Below, one piece after another: positions 1 to 6,584 of a stretch of 64,000 bases of DNA. The notes below the pieces were generated by a model. That model did not search any database and was not told the DNA's origin. It saw nothing but the letters and a program-made list of their open reading frames with translations. The DNA is from a bacterium (GTDB taxonomy: Bacteria > Patescibacteriota > Patescibacteriia > UBA1558 > UBA10009), in NCBI GenBank assembly GCA_018672055.1, contig JABHGM010000001.1, forward strand, positions 736,977 to 800,976, given 5' to 3'. The position numbers and the translations under genes were made by a program. Numbering within the stretch: the first letter of the stretch is position 1; each line of letters opens with the position of its first letter.

Positions 1-1
1 C

Positions 2-1186
2 AGTTAACGTAGTACCTAATGGATAATTAAAGTAAAAATCATGATAATAACTTTGATATGTACCATTTACTTCATTTTCCCAAAATAATCCATATTCCCT
101 TGTTGACTTTGGATAGTCAGGAAAACCAAAGTATTCGTAACATGATTTAAAATATTTTTGCCCATTAAACTTATTAATCTTTAAACAATATGATATGTCA
201 TTTATTTTTGCTACTTCCAATTGACAATCATGGCTATGATCACCATGCCTTATACCTGAACATAATTTAATATTATTCTCAGTTAAAGCCATAGTAGTTA
301 TTTCTTCATCTGTTAAACCAGCAGTCTCTTCTCTAAGAAGAACAAGCTTAATACCACTAATACATTTATTACTTGAATGCTTATTTATTAATAACCCATC
401 CATTATCATACAAACTTCTTCATTCTTTGTATTAACTGCAATTGCAGATAAACATTTGTACAATGGACTATATCTGGTATCTTCATTATCATTTAATCCC
501 ATACATATTTCAGTATCATTATATTTTTTAGATAAATTTAATTTACAGAAACTTTCACTCTTTGCAGTTAAACATAATGCTAAATCATTTGTTTCTAAAG
601 CTTTTTCAAAAACTACATTATTTTTAAAGTTCTTTAATCTCCTAATATCATTAGATACTTGAGATAATATATAAGGAGTAACTATTATAATTATTATAGT
701 ACTAATAATTAATAATTTTCTACTTATAGGTTTTAATTTATGAGCAGTAACACAATAAATAATATTAAAAATAATTAGTATCATTACTGGAGTTAATAGT
801 ATAAACTCTGAAATATCTTCAATTAATTCTCCTCTATCTTTTGATAAGACGTACCTTATAATAATAAAAGCTAAATAATAAAAAAATACTAATATACTAT
901 ACATTAAATAAACTATACTTATTTTCTTCTGACTCCTATAATTAATCTCTTCTGGGCTAGGTAAATGTTTAAATTCATACACCAAATATATTAATACTAC
1001 AACTATTATTTCAAGTATCCACATAAAATAAAATATGATACCACCCATTCCATAACCACCTCTAGGTTCAAATAAAAAAGGTAAAATAGCAATAAAACCA
1101 GCAATACCTAATATAATTGAATAAAAAATTACTCTTTCAGACTTTAAGAATTTAATATTTTTTAATTTTTCTATTAATCTGTTCAT
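2..1186 (-). CDS. Membrane protein with Cys-rich extracellular region, truncated at the window edge
   Basis: Not in the ORF track. Read by hand from ATG at 1186 (MNRLIEKLKNIKFLKSERVIFYSIILGIAGFIAILPFLF...): several hydrophobic segments, then a Cys-rich region; appears to run off the window start. Confidence 0.7.
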   Translation of the reverse strand, partial: MNRLIEKLKNIKFLKSERVIFYSIILGIAGFIAILPFLFEPRGGYGMGGIIFYFMWILEIIVVVLIYLVYEFKHLPSPEEINYRSQKKISIVYLMYSILVFFYYLAFIIIRYVLSKDRGELIEDISEFILLTPVMILIIFNIIYCVTAHKLKPISRKLLIISTIIIIIVTPYILSQVSNDIRRLKNFKNNVVFEKALETNDLALCLTAKSESFCKLNLSKKYNDTEICMGLNDNEDTRYSPLYKCLSAIAVNTKNEEVCMIMDGLLINKHSSNKCISGIKLVLLREETAGLTDEEITTMALTENNIKLCSGIRHGDHSHDCQLEVAKINDISYCLKINKFNGQKYFKSCYEYFGFPDYPKSTREYGLFWENEVNGTYQSYYHDFYFNYPLGTTLT

Positions 1187-1196
1187 ATTTTTTTAT

Positions 1197-1627
1197 TTAA
1201 ATTAAAGGATAAACTCGTTTAAGTGTATCTTTTGAATTATCCCAGGTTAATGTATTAATAGCTTCTTCATAAGTATACCATTTAGCATCTATTACTTCAT
1301 TATCACAGATGATAACTTATTATTCTTAGCTTTAACTAAATAAATTGGTCTTATTACATATTGATCTTCTCTACCATCTTTATTTGAATCATATTTAAAT
1401 TCTTCTGTTAAATCTGTTTTTTTTATTTCAACATCTTTTATATCTAAACCTAGTTCTTCCTTTATCTCCCTATACAACCCATCTTCTATACTAGCATCCT
1501 CATCATCAAATCCGCCTCCAGGTAAAGAAAAACCTCTTTTACTATGGACAATAGCAAATTTCTTTACTTCTTCATCTAGATATACTACACCTACTACTCC
1601 TGAATAATTATTTATTTGTTTTAACAT
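1197..1627 (-). pseudogene. NUDIX hydrolase with a frameshift near 1310
   Basis: Nudix box (GGGFDDEDASIEDGLYREIKEELG) in ORF 1292-1627; a typical Nudix C-terminus (DNEVIDAKWYTYEEAINTLTWDNSKDTLKRVYPLI*) continues in another frame to TAA at 1197. Confidence 0.75.
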
Positions 1628-1684
1628 ATTTAATACTTATTATATATACAATGTTTTCATTTATTACATTAATTGTCAATAATT

Positions 1685-1712
1685 AAAAAAGGACGTACTC
1701 GTAAGTACGTCC
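1685..1712 (-). terminator. Intrinsic terminator
   Basis: Hairpin GGACGTACT-CGTA-AGTACGTCC with an A6 tract (U-tract on the minus strand) just after the stop of 1734-2258. Confidence 0.8.
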
Positions 1713-1733
1713 TATTAAACTTAATAAAGTTTA

Positions 1734-2258
1734 TTAGCTTCTTGTCCAAGAAAGATGTTGTCTGTATGCGATTTCAAAGAGACGACCTTGCATTCTAGAA
1801 AGATCTAGAAATTTAGGATGATTTCTATCAAAATACTTAAAATCAGGCAAACATAAATCTACTGGGTCATTAGAACTTGCAAGATGCATAGAACATAAAT
1901 CACCCATCAGTTTATTGTATTTATTCTCATCTTTCTTACAATCTTCACAATCTGGTTTACATAGCTTAAATTTCTTTTCTTCCCTTTCAATATACTTAAC
2001 AAAGTACTCACTAGTTATTTCAACATCTTTTCCATTATCATTTTTAAAATGAAGCATAAATAGAGGATGTCCATCTCTTGGAAAATATTCTACTTTCAAA
2101 AGAACAAAAGGTCCGCTTCCGACTTTTTTAATCATTTCCATAGAGATTCTTTTTTCTCTTTCTTCAAGACAATCAAGACTTGGAAAGCAAAACTTATTCC
2201 CTATTCTAACTATTACTCCAGATAAACGAACTAAACGTCTTATCTTACCTTTTACCAT
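1734..2258 (-). CDS. Hypothetical protein (orphan, CxxxCxxC)
   Basis: 174-aa ORF with AGGAGA Shine-Dalgarno upstream and a terminator downstream. Confidence 0.7.
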   Translation of the reverse strand: MVKGKIRRLVRLSGVIVRIGNKFCFPSLDCLEEREKRISMEMIKKVGSGPFVLLKVEYFPRDGHPLFMLHFKNDNGKDVEITSEYFVKYIEREEKKFKLCKPDCEDCKKDENKYNKLMGDLCSMHLASSNDPVDLCLPDFKYFDRNHPKFLDLSRMQGRLFEIAYRQHLSWTRS

Positions 2259-2403
2259 TGTACTATCTCCTATAATTTATTGTATTGGATTACCCAACAC
2301 AAATAACACTAAAACTTATGGCTATATTATCATATCATTAAAAAAAGGCAAATAATAAATAATGCGTAATATAAGCATTAAATTAATACTATTTTATTTA
2401 ATA

Positions 2404-2432
2404 TTGACAGATACATATAATTGATATATATT
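2404..2432 (+). promoter_or_regulatory. Sigma70-type promoter
   Basis: TTGACA-17 nt-TATATT. Confidence 0.65.
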
Positions 2433-2436
2433 GAAA

Positions 2437-2503
2437 TTAGCACTTGTGAGGGCCTAGGCTCTCCCACGGTCAATGGTTTTCCAAAACCGTAGACAAGTGC
2501 TAA
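2437..2503 (+). ncRNA. Putative small structured RNA (three-way junction), family unknown
   Basis: GC-rich patch with an 11-bp closing helix TTAGCACTTGT/ACAAGTGCTAA and two inner hairpins; lies between a promoter and a terminator, with no ORF. Confidence 0.55.
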
Positions 2504-2534
2504 CAAAAGACACTAAAATTTAGTGTTTTTTGTT
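2502..2534. terminator. Bidirectional intrinsic terminator
   Basis: AACAAAAGACACTAA...TTAGTGTTTTTTGTT inverted repeat between the ncRNA candidate and the convergent toxin gene. Confidence 0.7.
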
Positions 2535-2946
2535 AATCTAGATCAGGTCTTCCGTTATGTAGTTTTCTTTTATCACTTATCTTATTAATATTCATAAAAT
2601 CAATTATTCTTTGTTTTCTCTCATTCTTTTGTTTTGCTTTGAAATAAATTTCTAAAAATACTATTTTTTGAAAACTAGGAAAATATGCATAAATTACTCG
2701 AATACCACTTTTAGCTCCTCTACCTTTTAAACTCTTACATTGAAACTTTTTAATCTTAAAAAATTGTAACTCATCAGTATTACCAACACCTTGAATTTTA
2801 AAAATACTTCCACTATTAATTTCTTTGCCATGAAATAAATCTATACGATATTTCTTATTTACTTCTAAATCTTCAGTTAATGAAGAAAACTTCTTCATTA
2901 ATTTTTTAATATCTCTGGTAAATTCTTTCGTTTCCTCATATTTCAT
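2533..2946 (-). CDS. RelE/HigB-like toxin (putative)
   Basis: F-x-R-D-I-K-K-L N-terminus and G-x-K-S-G-I-R-V-I-Y motif; start is 1 nt from the stop of the upstream antitoxin gene. Confidence 0.65.
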   Translation of the reverse strand: MKYEETKEFTRDIKKLMKKFSSLTEDLEVNKKYRIDLFHGKEINSGSIFKIQGVGNTDELQFFKIKKFQCKSLKGRGAKSGIRVIYAYFPSFQKIVFLEIYFKAKQKNERKQRIIDFMNINKISDKRKLHNGRPDLD

Positions 2947-2947
2947 C

Positions 2948-3709
2948 CTAGTACTGTCTTACAGAAAATTCATCTGTCCTAGAAAAAACAGCTTCATAAT
3001 CAATAACTTTTAAATTATCTGTACCAATCCATGGTACATCTTTATGGGAGTATTCTTTTATTCTAGTTGCATTAAAATCTTTAAATCTTTCAATTTCCCA
3101 ATCAATAAAATCTTTTTCACGAGCAGTAAAACTTGATAAATCTGCATTTCTGAATGGAAGATACTTTTTTTGATCGTGTTGAAAATATTTATTTACAATA
3201 GCCCCTAAATCACCATCTTTTTCCATTTGTTTAACAATTTTTGTGAAAGCTACTGGTGTTGGACCAAAATGATTTTTTATATACTTAGCGCCTATTAACT
3301 GTTCTTCAAACTTTTCATAATAATCAAAATCAATAAAATACATTAATTTACAAATAACAGCTTCACCAACATTAGAACGAGCGCCAATTCGTTCTAAAAT
3401 ATATAATAATACTTCTTTAAATTTCTCTATTCTTTCTTGTGGTACAGAAATACGCATCTCTGGCTTTGGCTTTACTTTCTTTATAGTTTTAGCAAGTTTT
3501 ACTTTTGGTTCTAAATTTTCTTTACCAGCTAAAAAATCATCTAAAGACAATCCAAAAAATTTAGCAAAAGTTTGTGCTTCTTCAACAAGAAGCTTGCGTT
3601 TACCAGCCTCAATTTGTACATAAGTTGGCCTTGATACACCAATTCTTTTTGCTAAAAAATCCTGACTAATACCTTGTTTTTCTCTAAGTTTTTTTAAAAA
3701 AGTAGTCAT
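2948..3709 (-). CDS. XRE-HTH plus DUF4065 (SocA/Panacea) antitoxin
   Basis: N-terminal HTH_3 (LREKQGISQDFLAKRIGVSRPTY); C-terminal KLMYFIDF...GPTP...SHKDVPW Panacea motifs. Confidence 0.8.
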   Translation of the reverse strand: MTTFLKKLREKQGISQDFLAKRIGVSRPTYVQIEAGKRKLLVEEAQTFAKFFGLSLDDFLAGKENLEPKVKLAKTIKKVKPKPEMRISVPQERIEKFKEVLLYILERIGARSNVGEAVICKLMYFIDFDYYEKFEEQLIGAKYIKNHFGPTPVAFTKIVKQMEKDGDLGAIVNKYFQHDQKKYLPFRNADLSSFTAREKDFIDWEIERFKDFNATRIKEYSHKDVPWIGTDNLKVIDYEAVFSRTDEFSVRQY

Positions 3710-3879
3710 AGTATTATAAATGAATTATTATTTATACTATGACTATATCAAATGTAAAAAATACTGTCAAGCTATATGTTGATAACTTTTACATTGCTAA
3801 TTTAAGAACCCTATCCACTTCTGATTATAATATTATACTTACCTTTATGCTTATTATATATAATTTAAAAATAATTATT

Positions 3880-4167
3880 CTAAAAACTATCCTTTAATTT
3901 CTCTAATAGACTAGGTTTACTTTCAACACACTTATCAATTACATCCAAACATTTTGGACAACTAGATGTCCGTTTTATTTTACAATGATTATCAGCTTCA
4001 CAAGGAGTATAATCTCTATTACTAGGTATTACATTTGCATATCGTTCATTACAAGGTACAAGATTTATTTTATAAATTGTATATCCTATAATAAAAGATA
4101 AAATAGATAATACAATAATTATTAATACAATTTTTCTTTGTTGATAATAAGTAAGTTTACTTGTCAT
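3880..4167 (-). CDS. Small membrane-anchored Cys-rich hypothetical protein
   Basis: 95 aa, one transmembrane segment followed by six Cys. Confidence 0.65.
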   Translation of the reverse strand: MTSKLTYYQQRKIVLIIIVLSILSFIIGYTIYKINLVPCNERYANVIPSNRDYTPCEADNHCKIKRTSSCPKCLDVIDKCVESKPSLLEKLKDSF

Positions 4168-4168
4168 A

Positions 4169-4240
4169 TATTTATATTTACTTCTTTCATTCTTTTAATG
4201 GTTTAAGCTGATTTGATTGGTTTTTTATGGTTTTCTTTTT
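4169..4240. repeat. Junction repeat, copy 1 (72 bp)
   Basis: 67/72 identical to 11722-11793 by manual alignment. Confidence 0.9.
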
Positions 4241-4279
4241 ACTAATTCTCTATTATTAATTTCTTAAACAATAATAAAA

Positions 4280-4561
4280 TTATCTATCAATAATCCAAGT
4301 AATAATTAATAGTATCAATACTATTGAATACACGGAAATTGCAAAACGCCAATTACCTGCCCAATATAAACCCATAACTGTTTTATCAGGATTTTTTTCT
4401 AAAAATGATTTAACAGAAGGATTAAATTTACTTATAAAACGTTCTCTGCTCATGTTAACTTTATGCATACATCTATTACAAATATTATCCTTATTTAAAT
4501 ACTCATTTAAAACTGATTTATTACAGAGTTCGCATTTTGCTAATTTTGTATTGTCTTTCAT
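4280..4561 (-). CDS. Hypothetical protein with CxxC/CxxC Zn-finger and C-terminal transmembrane segment
   Basis: 93-aa ORF with CELC...CNRC. Confidence 0.65.
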   Translation of the reverse strand: MKDNTKLAKCELCNKSVLNEYLNKDNICNRCMHKVNMSRERFISKFNPSVKSFLEKNPDKTVMGLYWAGNWRFAISVYSIVLILLIITWIIDR

Positions 4562-4567
4562 ACTTTT

Positions 4568-4606
4568 ATTCTTTTAGTAGTTTAAGCGGATTTGGTTGGT
4601 TTTTTA
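4568..4606. repeat. Junction repeat, copy 2
   Basis: 26-bp core TTTAAGCGGATTTGGTTGGTTTTTTA (4581-4606) is identical to 11755-11780 and includes the stop codon of 4604-4987. Confidence 0.9.
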
Positions 4607-4987
4607 TATAAAATCCTTTAGTTGATTAGGATTACTTTTTAAGTCTACTAATACTAATTTATCAAAACATTCATTTTTAAGCAATATACGTTTTTCAGCT
4701 TCTAATACATAATCATCAAACCATTTAAACTCTTTTTTAAAGTCTATAGCTTCAGTTTTAAGCATATCCCAATTAGTAGGCTTTATCTTATTTAAATAAA
4801 TAAAACAATTTTTATCTAAAAATTGTTTTAAGTATTCTAATGTATTACTTTCTTCTCCTTTACAATGAGTAGTTAACCAATAACATTCATGATTATCTGT
4901 AACATACTTTAAAAACTCATATACATTCTTTGCAGGCTTTAAATCCTTAGTAATTAATACTTGATCTATATCTAAGTAGATGTTCAT
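4604..4987 (-). CDS. HAD-superfamily-like protein
   Basis: IYLDIDQVL (DxD) motif I, WLTT motif II, and WFDD motif. Confidence 0.7.
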   Translation of the reverse strand: MNIYLDIDQVLITKDLKPAKNVYEFLKYVTDNHECYWLTTHCKGEESNTLEYLKQFLDKNCFIYLNKIKPTNWDMLKTEAIDFKKEFKWFDDYVLEAEKRILLKNECFDKLVLVDLKSNPNQLKDFI

Positions 4988-5388
4988 ATTAATTCTTTAA
5001 TCTTTTTAATAAATTCATCTCCAAATTTATCTATTTCCATATAATCTTTTCTAACCACATGTTTAACACCTAATTTCTCTACTTCTTCATTGTATTCTAC
5101 ATTAGTTGAGATAGCAATTACATTATTCACATTAAATTTGTTTAAATCTAATACATGGAAAGAACCTCCTAATTTACAATCTTTATCTAATATTATTAAA
5201 TCAAAATTATTCTTTTCTAAGCTATTTACATAATCTTTAACCTGTATATACGTAGAAAACACAGTAACTGAGAAATCAAGAGGTTTAGATGTATTAAATA
5301 ACTCTTCTTCTAGTTTAAATAACCTATCCATAATAATAGATAGGGTCTTTAAATCATCTTCTAATATTAATATGTTTAGAGTTTTCAT
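4984..5388 (-). CDS. Orphan receiver (CheY-like) domain protein
   Basis: ILILEDD, DLIILD, IAIS and VRK receiver-type motifs. Confidence 0.6.
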   Translation of the reverse strand: MKTLNILILEDDLKTLSIIMDRLFKLEEELFNTSKPLDFSVTVFSTYIQVKDYVNSLEKNNFDLIILDKDCKLGGSFHVLDLNKFNVNNVIAISTNVEYNEEVEKLGVKHVVRKDYMEIDKFGDEFIKKIKELI

Positions 5389-5397
5389 ATTATATAT

Positions 5398-5448
5398 TAC
5401 TCTTTTACTTTTTTTTCTAAGGTTATATCCGGATTTGGTTGGTTTTTA
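5398..5448. repeat. Junction repeat, copy 3 (diverged)
   Basis: Core CGGATTTGGTTGGTTTTTA (5430-5448) plus TAAGG, shared with the other copies. Confidence 0.8.
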
Positions 5449-5481
5449 TTTTTAATCTTGATTTAATTATTCCTGCTGCTT

Positions 5482-5832
5482 TTAACTAAATAACCAAATA
5501 TAAATATTTTTACAATAATCATAATGTTTAATAGTAAAATCTCTTTCATAAATACCTATATAACCTTCACTAGATAAATATATCAATAAAAAGAAAGCAA
5601 CTAAATATAGTAAAGGTACAATATAATATATTATTTTTACATTAATACTATACTTATGTAATTTATAAGCAATAAATGTGCTTATGAATAATAGAACAGT
5701 TTGAAAAAATAATACCCCATTAATAACAGTACAATCCGTATGTTCGTTTATTTTATTAAAAATTAAACTAAATCCATATATAGCTAAAATACCTAACAGA
5801 AATTGTATAATAATTAATAATACCTTTTTCAT
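5482..5832 (-). CDS. Hypothetical membrane protein (3 transmembrane segments)
   Basis: 116-aa hydrophobic ORF. Confidence 0.65.
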   Translation of the reverse strand: MKKVLLIIIQFLLGILAIYGFSLIFNKINEHTDCTVINGVLFFQTVLLFISTFIAYKLHKYSINVKIIYYIVPLLYLVAFFLLIYLSSEGYIGIYERDFTIKHYDYCKNIYIWLFS

Positions 5833-5836
5833 ATAT

Positions 5837-6583
5837 TTAAATAATTTTATTTACTTCATCTCTATACTTACAATAATCACATTCAATACCAGCTTTAGGT
5901 ATACTTTTACTTTTTAAACATGTGTCAGCTTCTATAATCGCTTCATCTACCCAATTATCGTTCCCTTCATATGGTATAAGGGTTACTTCAAACTCTAACT
6001 TAGCATCAAAGGCTTCTTTATCTGTAATACCATTACAATACACAAAATAGCCTGTATTTGAGACTTTAAAGCCACTTTGTCTAAGTAGCCACTGATATAC
6101 TTCCATTTGCCTCTTATATGATATTTGCCAGTCTTGATCTAAAGCTTCAATCTTACCTTCTTTACTAGTAGATTTATAATCTACTACATATAATATACCT
6201 TTTTTATCTACCCAGATATCATCTATAGCGCCAAATATTATTAAACCTGTTTTTTTATGATTAACACGTATTCCTTTAAAATTCTCTCTCCATTCATCCA
6301 TCATATCGTGTTTAAAAGGTACTAAATCTATATTATATGATTTGAGTAATGGATGTACCTTATTCTTAGCTCTATGTATATCAAATTCTTTTTTGAGTAA
6401 AGTATCTACTGCACTATTTAAATTAAAAGGATAACCTGGAGGTCTTTTAATTCCAAGCTTATTATCTAAATAAAAGCATTTAGGACATTCAATAAATAAA
6501 TCTATTTTAGATCTAGATAATTTCCATTGACTTCCTTTATAATTCCATTCTGCTTTTCTTGGGATGTTATAGTATTGGGACAT
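5837..6583 (-). CDS. PD-(D/E)XK nuclease, Cas4/AddB-like with Fe-S cluster Cys residues
   Basis: LSRSKI...CPKCFY, GAIDD, VVDYKS, QMEVY and C-terminal CDYC motifs. Confidence 0.85.
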   Translation of the reverse strand: MSQYYNIPRKAEWNYKGSQWKLSRSKIDLFIECPKCFYLDNKLGIKRPPGYPFNLNSAVDTLLKKEFDIHRAKNKVHPLLKSYNIDLVPFKHDMMDEWRENFKGIRVNHKKTGLIIFGAIDDIWVDKKGILYVVDYKSTSKEGKIEALDQDWQISYKRQMEVYQWLLRQSGFKVSNTGYFVYCNGITDKEAFDAKLEFEVTLIPYEGNDNWVDEAIIEADTCLKSKSIPKAGIECDYCKYRDEVNKII

Positions 6584-6584
6584 G

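Noticed and set aside
456-662. 68-aa plus-strand ORF
   Set aside because: Antisense shadow of the longer minus-strand membrane protein gene (2-1186).
2437-2503. CIRCE element (TTAGCACTC-N9-GAGTGCTAA)
   Set aside because: The arms resemble CIRCE but are about 49 nt apart rather than 9, and no chaperone gene follows.
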